Shown here piece by piece: positions 1 to 8,260 of a stretch of 54,834 bases of DNA (positions are counted from its first letter, which is position 1; each line of letters starts with the position of its first letter). Source of the DNA: Candidatus Kaiserbacteria bacterium (lineage in GTDB: Bacteria > Patescibacteriota > Minisyncoccia > Phycocordibacterales > UBA918); assembly GCA_031418275.1 (NCBI GenBank), contig JANOXF010000065.1:1-54834 (forward strand), in the 5' to 3' direction. The notes beneath the pieces are model-generated. The model was not told where the DNA came from. It searched no databases and saw only the letters and a program-made list of their open reading frames with translations. Position numbers and translations under genes: made by a program.

Positions 1-682
1 CATTGAGAAGACTAGCAACATGTGGATCAAATCGCGCAGTGAAAATGTATGGACCGATGAGATTGTAGTAGGTGACAGAGTTTTGCTTGAGAGGATTTTC
101 ATTAAGCGTATATTCAAAGAGACTACCAAGCACCTCTTTGCGTTTTTGTGTCACACATCGATCAAGTGCGCCTGCGTGTGTGAGAACGATTCGTGAGATA
201 CGTTTGCTTTCAATATGTTTCTTGATCCAAAATGAGTCAGTATCGTAACGCACATACATGTACCAATCGTGTGGCTGTATTGAATATGAATAGCTATCAT
301 TTCCAATATGTTCAGAGAGTAAGAGATACGCGTGTGTCCAAAAAAGATCAATCTCATTAAGCGTACGAAACGTGAATTGTACACGTTTTTTCTTCCCGTT
401 ACGGACATCCTCCAAATACGAGCTGGAACGGTATGCCTCCTCTGCAAACAGAAGTTTTTCACGTTCATTTCCTATCCATACCACGGAAAGCGATGCAGTG
501 TGTGCATGAACCGAGATTACTTCCTCTCTTTTCAACACACGGAGAGCTTTGTAGACACCCTGTATAGAGACTTTCCTTAGATAAGCAACTTCCTCAACAA
601 GATCAGTAACGCCCCTCGGCCCAGGATACAGGCGAGTTAAGATTTCTTTTTCGAGGCTGTGCCGAGATGTATTAACTGACAT
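1..682 (-). CDS. hypothetical protein with N-terminal winged-helix-like DNA-binding region; 3' end runs off the window
   Basis: My own reverse-strand translation from the ATG at 680-682 stays open to position 1. It is absent from the ORF track because there is no stop in the window. Sequence: MSVNTSRHSLEKEILTRLYPGPRGVTDLVEEVAYLRKVSIQGVYKALRVLKREEVISV... Confidence 0.6.
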   Translation of the reverse strand, partial: MSVNTSRHSLEKEILTRLYPGPRGVTDLVEEVAYLRKVSIQGVYKALRVLKREEVISVHAHTASLSVVWIGNEREKLLFAEEAYRSSSYLEDVRNGKKKRVQFTFRTLNEIDLFWTHAYLLLSEHIGNDSYSYSIQPHDWYMYVRYDTDSFWIKKHIESKRISRIVLTHAGALDRCVTQKRKEVLGSLFEYTLNENPLKQNSVTYYNLIGPYIFTARFDPHVASLLN

Positions 683-687
683 ACTAA

Positions 688-726
688 TTCACTATCTTTT
701 AAACTTTAAGTTTAAAAGATAGTGAA
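688..726. promoter_or_regulatory. perfect 39-bp palindrome (19+1+19) in a divergent promoter region; candidate operator
   Basis: ttcactatcttttaaactt-t-aagtttaaaagatagtgaa. Every position pairs around centre 707. It starts 6 nt upstream of the ATG of the wHTH gene. Confidence 0.6.
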
Positions 727-821
727 AGTCTACAACTTTTTGGACTCTGAGTCAAACTACGTGCAATACTCTTCCACGAAGCACTGTTGCTTTGTTCTTC
801 GCTCATTGAAAGGAGGTCGTC

Positions 822-1508
822 ATGACCACATCACTCAAAAGCAGCCGACCCGCAGTATCCGTGTGGCACGTCAGCTTCTCGCGTGCAGGGCTCATCCCAA
901 TTCTCATCGCAGACTGCCTCATCGCGTATTTCTATTACGTATGGCGGTTCACCGACGGGACAGATGGCCTTCCGCCCAAGTACACCCTCGTACTACTCGC
1001 TGCTGTGCATAGCCTACAGATCTTCGTGTTTCTGCTCGAAGTCACAATACGCACGTGCCAATGGGTAACCACCCTATTCACTCGGCAAGACAAGGGGACC
1101 ATCAAGTTCTTTCTGAGGAAAGTGTGTACGGGGCCCTTAGGGTTGGTTGCGTTTCTGGGACTTTGTGTATTCATTGCGGATTGGTATACACGAGCTTCCG
1201 ATCCTTACACCGAGGGATCCATGCCCACGCAAAGCGGTATAGCGGTGTACAAGCTCTACCATCACGACCAGTCAGTCCACTACTACACGCAAAAGAATCC
1301 AGCAAATGGGTTTGTGATAACAATACTCTGCAAGAGTGACTCATCTGACCTCATCGAGAAAACTTACGTCCGGTGCCTGTACCGAGAGCGTAGCGTGGTA
1401 ATGGGAAGATCTCCTATGCGCGCACCTGGAAGTTGGGTCACTGGTCCACTCACCGAAGTCGACAAACGAGTGCTCGAAACACTCAGACAGAAAGGAGCGC
1501 TCAAATGA
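822..1508 (+). CDS. hypothetical membrane protein
   Basis: ATG is preceded by AAAGGAGG. Several hydrophobic helices are present. Its stop overlaps the next start (ATGA). Confidence 0.65.
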   Translation: MTTSLKSSRPAVSVWHVSFSRAGLIPILIADCLIAYFYYVWRFTDGTDGLPPKYTLVLLAAVHSLQIFVFLLEVTIRTCQWVTTLFTRQDKGTIKFFLRKVCTGPLGLVAFLGLCVFIADWYTRASDPYTEGSMPTQSGIAVYKLYHHDQSVHYYTQKNPANGFVITILCKSDSSDLIEKTYVRCLYRERSVVMGRSPMRAPGSWVTGPLTEVDKRVLETLRQKGALK

Positions 1509-2173
1509 AAATGGGATACATGATCGTTCGAATTGTATTTCTGCATCTCCTGCTTCTAGGCGGGTATGCACAAGCTGCAACTCCTTGGGAACTGAAACAG
1601 CACCCATCAGGAACTTTGGAGGTAAATGGTGTAACCTATATTCCGTCAAAGTCACAATGGGAAAGGGTGGGGGTCGCATCATTGAGAGAAGGTGAGGTGC
1701 TGAAGTTAAACAATTCGTGCACAACTAGCCCGTCCGGATTGTGGAAGAATATCCGGGTATGCACCTGGGAAACAGAGCTACACGATCGAGGGAGCTTCGT
1801 GGAAAAGCTTCCCGGAGACGAGACGGAACAAACTGGATGGAACGCTCGTGTGTTTGCGTGTACGAGCATGGTGCTCATGGTTGTCTTTTTGCTCCTAGCA
1901 AGGAACGTTGGACCAGTGCCAATGGGCTTTCGGCGAGCGATCATTCTAGCTACTTCCTCCTTGCTCCTCCTCATCAGTAACACCCTCACCGTAATACCAC
2001 TTCCTGGTTATCCCGAACCTGCGATATCTGGACTTACGTACCTCACTGGCCTTGCCTCGCTCTGTATCGCGTTCGTAATCATATTCAACTCCATGGATAT
2101 GAAACTGAGGGTTGTCCTACCTCTATTCCTCACACACATCGGAGGAATGGTCGTCATTGCAATCTTCACATGA
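1505..2173 (+). CDS. hypothetical secreted/membrane protein (signal peptide plus C-terminal TM helices)
   Basis: An internal ATG at 1505 overlaps the upstream stop. MKMGYMIVRIVFLHLLLLGGYAQA is signal-like, and the C-terminal half is hydrophobic. Confidence 0.65.
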   Translation: MKMGYMIVRIVFLHLLLLGGYAQAATPWELKQHPSGTLEVNGVTYIPSKSQWERVGVASLREGEVLKLNNSCTTSPSGLWKNIRVCTWETELHDRGSFVEKLPGDETEQTGWNARVFACTSMVLMVVFLLLARNVGPVPMGFRRAIILATSSLLLLISNTLTVIPLPGYPEPAISGLTYLTGLASLCIAFVIIFNSMDMKLRVVLPLFLTHIGGMVVIAIFT

Positions 2174-2208
2174 CGAGAGAGCACTCAAGGGAAACTGAAC
2201 AAGAGCAA

Positions 2209-2241
2209 CCCCGTGGCGACCTTTGTCGCCGCGGGGTTTTC
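2209..2241 (+). terminator. rho-independent terminator
   Basis: ccccgtggcgac-cttt-gtcgccgcgggg followed by TTTT. Confidence 0.75.
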
Positions 2242-2363
2242 TATATTCGACACTCCCCCATTCTTTTGATACTCTGGGAATGTAGATTTATTGAACGATA
2301 AGCTGAAACGGCCACACTCCGCGCTGACTCAAGACGACAGAATTCCAGTACGACAGGCACGGA

Positions 2364-3908
2364 ATGGCCTCAACACAACATATGCAGAGCACCATATTGC
2401 TTGCGATCATCGCAGGCGGGGTCATCGGCATCGCACTCGGCTACTATCTCCGCTACATTCATGCTCTTAGTAAGAAACAATCGCTCGAACATGCAATCAA
2501 AGAACGCGTGCTCGAAGCTGAAGAAAGAGCGCTCAAGATAGTTGAAAAAGCTGAAGCGAAGGCCGAGACCCTCGACAAAGAGGTACGACAGGAACTCAAG
2601 GAACTCGAAGAACGACACAAGAAAACTGAAGAGCGGCACATAAAGAAAGAAGAACTTCTTGATCAGCGCCAAATTGACATTGATTCAGAGAAAGAGAATG
2701 TTCGGGACAAAATTGAACAAATTAAAAGTATCAAAGAACAGCTGGACGTACGGCAATCGAGCATCGCGCTTGAAATTGAAAAAGCTGCAGGACTGAGCAA
2801 GGAGGATGCACTCAATATCCTCGTTAAAAAGGTTGAGAAGGAGAATGAGTCTGACCTCATGAGCAGAATTCAAAAACTACGGATTCGTGGTGAGGAACAG
2901 TATGACGACGAGGCGCGAAACATCATTACCGCTGCAATTCATCGCATTGGAAATACACTTCGTGTAGACATTATGAGTTCGATGGTTGCACTCCCGAGCG
3001 AGGATATTAAAGGAAAAATTATTGGTAAGGAAGGACGTAATGTTCGTGCGTTTGAACGTGCGACCGGTGTCGATGTGCTCATCGACGATACTCCCGGACA
3101 CATCACCCTTTCGTCATTTGATCCGGTGCGTCGTGAAATCGCGCGTGTGGCACTTGAAATACTTTTCACCGATGGACGTATCCAACCAGCGAAGATTGAA
3201 GAAGTGGTCGAGAAAGCGCGGGGAGAAGTGGGGACAATCGTACGCAAGATGGGTGAGAAAGCAGCGTATGAAGCAGGGGTGCCTAACCTCCATCCAGACC
3301 TCATAAAAATTCTCGGTCGACTTCACTTCCGTACGAGCTACGGACAAAACGTGCTGTGGCATTCAGTTGAAATGGCACACATCGCTGCTATCATTGCTGA
3401 GGAAATCGGCGCCGACGTCGCAGTCTCACGCGCGGGTGCACTCCTCCACGATATCGGTAAGACAGTAAGCCAAGAGGTGCAGGGTACACACGTAGAAATT
3501 GGAATTCGTATTCTTCAAAAGTACGATGTCGATGAGCGAGTCATTGTCGCAATGCGCGCACACCACGAAGAATACCCTTATGATACGCCAGAATCTATCG
3601 TCGTACAGGTTTCTGATGCGATTTCTGCAGGCCGACCTGGTGTGCGTAGAGACTCTATTGAAAACTACATCAAGCGCCTCGGGGAACTCGAAGATATCGC
3701 AACATCACGAAGCGGTGTCGAGAAAGCGTTTGCGATTCAGGCAGGTCGTGAACTCAGGGTCATTGTAAACCCTGAAAAAATTACTGACCTTGAAGCACAC
3801 AATCTTGCGCGCGAGATTGCGAACGAAATTGAAGCAAAACTCCGTTATCCCGGTGAAATTAAAGTAAATGTTATCCGAGAATTACGTTCAATTGAAATCG
3901 CACGTTAA
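2364..3908 (+). CDS. rny: ribonuclease Y
   Basis: N-terminal TM helix and a coiled coil. KH domain (GKIIGKEGRNVRAFERATGVDVLIDD) and HD domain (LLHDIGK...AHHEE). Length of 514 aa is typical for RNase Y. Confidence 0.95.
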   Translation: MASTQHMQSTILLAIIAGGVIGIALGYYLRYIHALSKKQSLEHAIKERVLEAEERALKIVEKAEAKAETLDKEVRQELKELEERHKKTEERHIKKEELLDQRQIDIDSEKENVRDKIEQIKSIKEQLDVRQSSIALEIEKAAGLSKEDALNILVKKVEKENESDLMSRIQKLRIRGEEQYDDEARNIITAAIHRIGNTLRVDIMSSMVALPSEDIKGKIIGKEGRNVRAFERATGVDVLIDDTPGHITLSSFDPVRREIARVALEILFTDGRIQPAKIEEVVEKARGEVGTIVRKMGEKAAYEAGVPNLHPDLIKILGRLHFRTSYGQNVLWHSVEMAHIAAIIAEEIGADVAVSRAGALLHDIGKTVSQEVQGTHVEIGIRILQKYDVDERVIVAMRAHHEEYPYDTPESIVVQVSDAISAGRPGVRRDSIENYIKRLGELEDIATSRSGVEKAFAIQAGRELRVIVNPEKITDLEAHNLAREIANEIEAKLRYPGEIKVNVIRELRSIEIAR

Positions 3909-4039
3909 ATTAGGACACAGTAAACAGTACCCTACTAGAGTATTGCGTAGAAACTGGCGTACTATATAATTATTCGCAGCCATTCAGGCATCAGTGCTCA
4001 CGCACACGTTTATCAAAAGCCACTAGTTCACAAATATAT

Positions 4040-4312
4040 ATGAATAAGGCAGATATCATCGATAAGGTTCACGAAGTTGTTGGCGGTACTCGCGCAGACG
4101 CAGAGCGCGCAGTTGAAGCAGTGATTGATAGTATTTCTGATTCACTTAAGAAGGGAAAGGAAGTATCAATCGCAGGACTTGGTATCTTTGCAACAAAGAC
4201 ACGCAACGCTCGCACAGGACGTAACCCACGTACTGGTGAATCAATTGATATTCCATCAATGCGCGTTCCAAAGTTCCGCGCAGCGAAAGCACTTAAGGAT
4301 GCAGTGAAGTAA
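4040..4312 (+). CDS. hup: DNA-binding protein HU
   Basis: 90 aa: MNKADIIDKV...GLGIFATKTRNARTGRNPRTGESIDIPSMRVPKFRAAKALKDAV. Confidence 0.95.
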   Translation: MNKADIIDKVHEVVGGTRADAERAVEAVIDSISDSLKKGKEVSIAGLGIFATKTRNARTGRNPRTGESIDIPSMRVPKFRAAKALKDAVK

Positions 4313-4331
4313 CTCTATACACAAGTATAAG

Positions 4332-4361
4332 AAAACCCGCGACCGAAGGTCGCGGGTTTTC
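4332..4361 (+). terminator. rho-independent terminator of hup
   Basis: cccgcgacc-gaa-ggtcgcggg followed by TTTT. Confidence 0.85.
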
Positions 4362-4502
4362 TTATACACACGCTGTGCACAGATGTGCTTTTCTTACAAT
4401 GTGATAAAATACTTGTGTAGCGGAGGTATTAGCTTGGTTCATGTACAATCAAGTCAACGCTATATCGAGGGTAGAACTTCTAGTTCTATGTCTCACCACA
4501 AC

Positions 4503-4528
4503 AAAAGGTCCTTCGCGGGGCCTTTTGT
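4503..4528. terminator. bidirectional terminator hairpin
   Basis: aaaaggtcc-ttcgcg-ggggcctttt, with an A-run on one side and a T-run on the other. It lies downstream of the minus-strand gene ending at 4580. Confidence 0.6.
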
Positions 4529-4579
4529 ATTGGGGCAAAGCAAATGCCCAACCGAAGTTGGGCATGCAGGGGTGGAATA

Positions 4580-5143
4580 TCACCACCTCTTTGTGGTCAC
4601 GCAGCTGTGTGGGATGCCCGTGAGCGGAAGAACAAGATCAGCACCAGGGTCTCGCTTGCGTGGGTGCACATGGACATTGCCCAGTTGGAACACTCTGTGA
4701 AGAAGTTCCCTATGTTCAATACCGAGCGCACCGTAGTACCCTTCGCGGAGTTCAAGATACAACTGAACGTACATCCGCCGGTGAGTGCGCCAATCGTCAT
4801 TGGTGCACTCATCAGCACGGAGAACGATTCGCTGAACCTTCAGAACCTCCCGGATGCGTCGCCGAGCCTCTCCGTAGATACTTAGGAGCTTCCCCTGAAG
4901 TACCAGTTCGACATCGGGACTATTTGCCTCCCGTTCGCACGGCGACGCAAGCAACTGCTGTACCCCATCAGAACCTCGAGCTAATTTCTGCTCAAGCATA
5001 TGAGGTAAGTCTTCAAGGAACGCGATGCGTTTCAGTACAGAATCCCCACGACTTGTCGACTCAATACCGCTTTTCAACTCTCGGTGAAGCTTTGCACCCT
5101 CAATCGCTCCACGTCGTAACGCCTCACATTTGACTGTTGTCAT
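4580..5143 (-). CDS. hypothetical protein
   Basis: 187-aa ORF with AAAGGAAA before the ATG. Two hairpins follow the stop. I recognise no motif. Confidence 0.45.
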   Translation of the reverse strand: MTTVKCEALRRGAIEGAKLHRELKSGIESTSRGDSVLKRIAFLEDLPHMLEQKLARGSDGVQQLLASPCEREANSPDVELVLQGKLLSIYGEARRRIREVLKVQRIVLRADECTNDDWRTHRRMYVQLYLELREGYYGALGIEHRELLHRVFQLGNVHVHPRKRDPGADLVLPLTGIPHSCVTTKRW

Positions 5144-5159
5144 TACACATTTCCTTTGC

Positions 5160-5492
5160 TTACTTTGTGAAATCGTTGACGAATCGTGAGTGAAGGTGAT
5201 GATCGTATTCAGCGAGAACTATCGCCTGATACGCATCGGGAGGTTTCTTCTGAGCAGTCAGGACAGAGAGCTCACCTTTGATGCTTGCGAGAGCACCCTC
5301 TAGGCGATGAAAGCGCCCCATTATCTCCTTGCGCTTCTTGAACTCCCAAAACCTGAGTGGCTGAAGCTGTCTCTGAAGTGCCGCAATTTCGCGGTTGAGA
5401 TTCTGAACTACAATGGAGTAGACTTGCACCTTATGCTCCAAATTTTTTGCTAGCATACGGCCAGCGCGTACAAACCAGAACGTACGATACAT
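5160..5492 (-). CDS. hypothetical coiled-coil protein (start moved to an internal ATG)
   Basis: The track ORF 5160-5567 contains a strong terminator hairpin at 5522-5550. ATG 5490-5492 sits 6 nt after a TATAAC box (5499-5504). Confidence 0.5.
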   Translation of the reverse strand: MYRTFWFVRAGRMLAKNLEHKVQVYSIVVQNLNREIAALQRQLQPLRFWEFKKRKEIMGRFHRLEGALASIKGELSVLTAQKKPPDAYQAIVLAEYDHHLHSRFVNDFTK

Positions 5493-5521
5493 ATATTCGT
5501 TATATTCGTCAATTTTGTATG

Positions 5522-5550
5522 AAAAGGCCGTCCACGGGGACGGCCTTTTT
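5522..5550 (-). terminator. rho-independent terminator after the 5564-5899 gene
   Basis: ggccgtcc-acgg-ggacggcc flanked by A4 and T5. Confidence 0.7.
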
Positions 5551-5563
5551 GCGAGCAGCGCTT

Positions 5564-5899
5564 TCATGCGCTGAACAGCCTAAAGCATTCACGAAGAAAG
5601 AAGGGTTCAATTGCTGTATCCTTGCGAAGCTGGATTGGTTTGTTGACTACCTCCATGAGCAGTACGCCGACTGCAATGGGAAGTGGCCACTGCGGTGAAG
5701 AACGAATGTTCCCCCTGACGGTGTAGACCACACCTACTCGGGGAACGATAAGGCCCTTGTCAATCAGACCTTTGGTCCAGATTTCTCTGTCAGGTTCAAC
5801 GATACACCTGACCTTCGTGCCGAGTCTCGGTGGAAACGTGAGGTCACTTACCACATGTCTCTTCCCAAACATAATCGTACTCCTTGCGAGTTGAGACAT
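5564..5899 (-). CDS. hypothetical protein
   Basis: 111-aa ORF followed by the terminator at 5522-5550. Confidence 0.5.
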   Translation of the reverse strand: MSQLARSTIMFGKRHVVSDLTFPPRLGTKVRCIVEPDREIWTKGLIDKGLIVPRVGVVYTVRGNIRSSPQWPLPIAVGVLLMEVVNKPIQLRKDTAIEPFFLRECFRLFSA

Positions 5900-6023
5900 A
5901 TTTACTATACGCCTCTTTGAATAATTTTTAAGTTGGGGAGGTGCTTAACTTTGTGAAGCTAGAGGAATCGGTCACAATACTTATAGATTCTGAATGCTAT
6001 AATTTCTTTGTAATCCGTAACAC

Positions 6024-6623
6024 ATGAAAAAAAATACTAAGATTGTTGTTTCTTTCGTCGTGGTAATTATCATTGGTGTTCTCGTCTATATACAAACGTT
6101 TGGCGCAAAGCCGGTTGAACAAAGTGTTCAGAATGCGGTAGTTACAGAACAATCCCCAACTGCATACGAAGTTATAAACGGTGTAACCGTACCTCCAGAA
6201 CCCGACCCAGAGCTCAACAATGCGACGCTCGCGGGGATTGATGTGAATGAGAATGGTGTGAGGGATGATGTGGAGCGGTGGATAGTACGTACATACCCCA
6301 ACTCCGAAAAGACTCAAAAAATACTTATGATTATGGCGAGGGAGTTCGAATCAGCTCTATTCTATACAAAAAGTGACAATACACAGTCAGCGATACTTGC
6401 ACAAACCCGAGTCACTGACTCTATCGACTGCTTATGGTACATACGATCAGATGATGCTATTAGCATAAGAAGTTTACTCTTTGCACAAATACTTAGTACC
6501 AAAGAAAGGACTCTTACATACGTAGAGTACAATAGACTTTCCGCTGGTTCTCCTGTAGATCGTCAACCTGAAGAATTTAAAGATGGATGTACAGGATTTG
6601 ACCCTGATCTATTGATAAATTAA
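6024..6623 (+). CDS. hypothetical membrane-anchored/secreted protein
   Basis: N-terminal MKKNTKIVVSFVVVIIIGVLVYI anchor. A TATAAT box lies about 25 nt upstream. Confidence 0.7.
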   Translation: MKKNTKIVVSFVVVIIIGVLVYIQTFGAKPVEQSVQNAVVTEQSPTAYEVINGVTVPPEPDPELNNATLAGIDVNENGVRDDVERWIVRTYPNSEKTQKILMIMAREFESALFYTKSDNTQSAILAQTRVTDSIDCLWYIRSDDAISIRSLLFAQILSTKERTLTYVEYNRLSAGSPVDRQPEEFKDGCTGFDPDLLIN

Positions 6624-7026
6624 TGCGCGAGAGGAATCGAAGTCTACGACTTCAGTACACCTTTTGGATACTTTGCTTCGTGTGTCCTCGCAAAATATCT
6701 CAAAAGGTCTTCGATTCGTCCTCCTGTTTCCTAAAGGAAACAGTTGCGGCTCTCGCTCGCCGTCGTAAAAAGCCCCTTGCGGGGCTTTTTACTTTGTGCG
6801 AGCGAGAGGAAGCGGCGCAGCTCACTAAGTATTTTTCGCAAACTCAAAAATACTAAGTGGCTCCTGCCCTGACTCGGCCACAATCTCCTTACAGTCGATT
6901 GGCTTCGCGGCCTCCGTCTTTCGATTCCCGGTGCTCGCTACAGAAACGCAACAACGCCGACACTTTCGTGTCGGCGTTGGCGTTCTGTGCGCAGACGGCG
7001 ACGACATTCGAACCCGTTCGAACCCT
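6624..7026. repeat. mosaic of tRNA-3'-end-derived fragments (sense and antisense) plus one copy of the CTAAG hairpin
   Basis: 6624-6641 tgcgcgagaggaatcgaa and 6795-6811 tgtgcgagcgagaggaa match the reverse-complemented 3' end of tRNA-Gly(TCC) at 8103-8119. 6918-6939 ctttcgattcccggtgctcgct is a T-arm/acceptor-like piece in the opposite orientation. Hairpin at 6824-6858. Confidence 0.7.
6767..6790. terminator. terminator hairpin
   Basis: aaaaagcccc-ttgc-ggggcttttt. Confidence 0.7.
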
Positions 7027-7132
7027 TTAGGGTGCGAAGAACCACGACTGTGTGAATACCTCGCGTACGTAAAGCAAGCATGGGGTATGCGCGATCCTGC
7101 GTTCATGAAGCTTCTCGACCAGGTGCGTACGG

Positions 7133-7354
7133 TCAGTGAAATGATGGACGGGTCGGTGCCGACACATTCTCCTCGCCTTCCGGTGGGTCATGTGCGAGTA
7201 CCCAGAACAAGTTCAAAAGGGAGAGGTATCGACCCTTTGCTTCGGCAGGCGAGACGTCTTCGCCACACGCGTGGAGACGATCTCGGAACTGCTCCACCAC
7301 CTGTTCACTGATTTCCATGTGAGACAGCTTCGCATGGATCAGTCCGGAGTGCAC
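7133..7354 (-). CDS. hypothetical small protein
   Basis: 73-aa ORF divergent from the MazF-like gene. No motif recognised, and it lies in a GC-rich stretch. Confidence 0.3.
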   Translation of the reverse strand: MHSGLIHAKLSHMEISEQVVEQFRDRLHACGEDVSPAEAKGRYLSLLNLFWVLAHDPPEGEENVSAPTRPSFH

Positions 7355-7430
7355 GAGGTGAGTTTGTACCTGTGGGGCAACTATCTACGCGTTGCGTATT
7401 TATTCAAAAGATACTATCGTTTTAGGGACT

Positions 7431-7877
7431 ATGCTCGAATACATAAAACAATTTAACGAATGGAATGAGAAAAAGAAACGTGTTGATACGAAATCAATTT
7501 CAGAGGACTTCTTCTTTCATGAGCGCGAAGTCTGGTGGTGTGCAGTTGGTGTGAATGTTGGTGCTGAGATAGACGGAAAGAATGATGACTTTGAACGACC
7601 GATACTCGTGATTCGAAAGTTCAACAGAGACATGTTCTGGGGAGTGCCACTCACGTCGAAGGAAAAGAGTCATCCTGCGTATGTATCCATCGCGCATGAC
7701 AAGGGTGTCTCGTATGCCAATATGACGCAGCTTCGTACATGGAGCTCAAAACGACTGCTGCGTAAGGTGGGAATGGTGTCTGAAGAGAGCTTCGGTGTCG
7801 TGGTGACAAAACTACACGAGCTTATAACAATCGAACCCCACCGCGGGGGTGGGGTTCTCGGAGGCCGAAGCCACTAA
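7431..7877 (+). CDS. PemK/MazF-family toxin-like protein (long form), no obvious antitoxin partner
   Basis: REVWWCAVGVNVGAEIDGKNDDFERPILVIRKF...GVPLTS resembles the PemK/MazF SH3-like core. Start taken at ATG 7431 (MLEYIKQF...). Confidence 0.6.
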   Translation: MLEYIKQFNEWNEKKKRVDTKSISEDFFFHEREVWWCAVGVNVGAEIDGKNDDFERPILVIRKFNRDMFWGVPLTSKEKSHPAYVSIAHDKGVSYANMTQLRTWSSKRLLRKVGMVSEESFGVVVTKLHELITIEPHRGGGVLGGRSH

Positions 7878-8041
7878 TGCACATATATTATACTATCTGC
7901 TTATTAATGCAAGTACGCATCCATGTACCAGAGGAGTATTACACCCACGAATATAAAACGCAGCAAGACGTGTGGATGACTCTCTCAGGGTTCGAACGTC
8001 GTCCTCGAGGCTCACTCAGTTGCCTCATAGAGCGACAAACG

Positions 8042-8069
8042 AAAAGGAGGCTCTGGTGAGCCTCCTTTT
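8042..8069. terminator. bidirectional terminator hairpin
   Basis: aaaaggaggctc-tggt-gagcctcctttt. Confidence 0.75.
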
Positions 8070-8104
8070 CGTCAAGAGGTGCGTTTGTGCCTCATAGTCA
8101 AATG

Positions 8105-8175
8105 TGCGAGCGAGAGGAATCGAACCCCCAACTACTGCTTGGAAGGCAGTCGTTTTACCACTAAACTACGCTCGC
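8105..8175 (-). tRNA. tRNA-Gly (anticodon TCC), no encoded CCA
   Basis: Manual cloverleaf: GCGAGCG-TA-GTTT..AAAC-G-ACTGC-CTTCCAA-GCAGT-..-GGGGG-TTCGATT-CCTCT-CGCTCGC-A. Confidence 0.9.
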
Positions 8176-8260
8176 GGTTAACGACCGGAAACAGGCGTTA
8201 TCCGCACGATAATAGCACATCCGGATTTTGTATTAAAGCCCATGCTACAATTTGCACGAC

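Noticed and set aside
2370-3362. Multiple 60-120-aa ORFs on the minus strand inside rny
   Set aside because: They are antisense shadows of a confidently identified gene, with low-complexity translations.
4411-4500. tRNA or SRP RNA
   Set aside because: There is no T-loop, no complementary acceptor strands, and no GGAA/AGCA helix-8 motif.
5493-5567. N-terminal 25 codons of track ORF 5160-5567, including its ATGA overlap with the upstream gene
   Set aside because: This stretch is a near-perfect intrinsic terminator (ggccgtcc-acgg-ggacggcc with A and T runs). An internal ATG with a TATAAC box 6 nt upstream is a better start.
6825-7311. ORFs 6825-7106 (minus) and 6931-7311 (plus)
   Set aside because: They cover the tRNA-fragment and hairpin mosaic. 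Their translations are Arg/Pro/Cys-rich and implausible.
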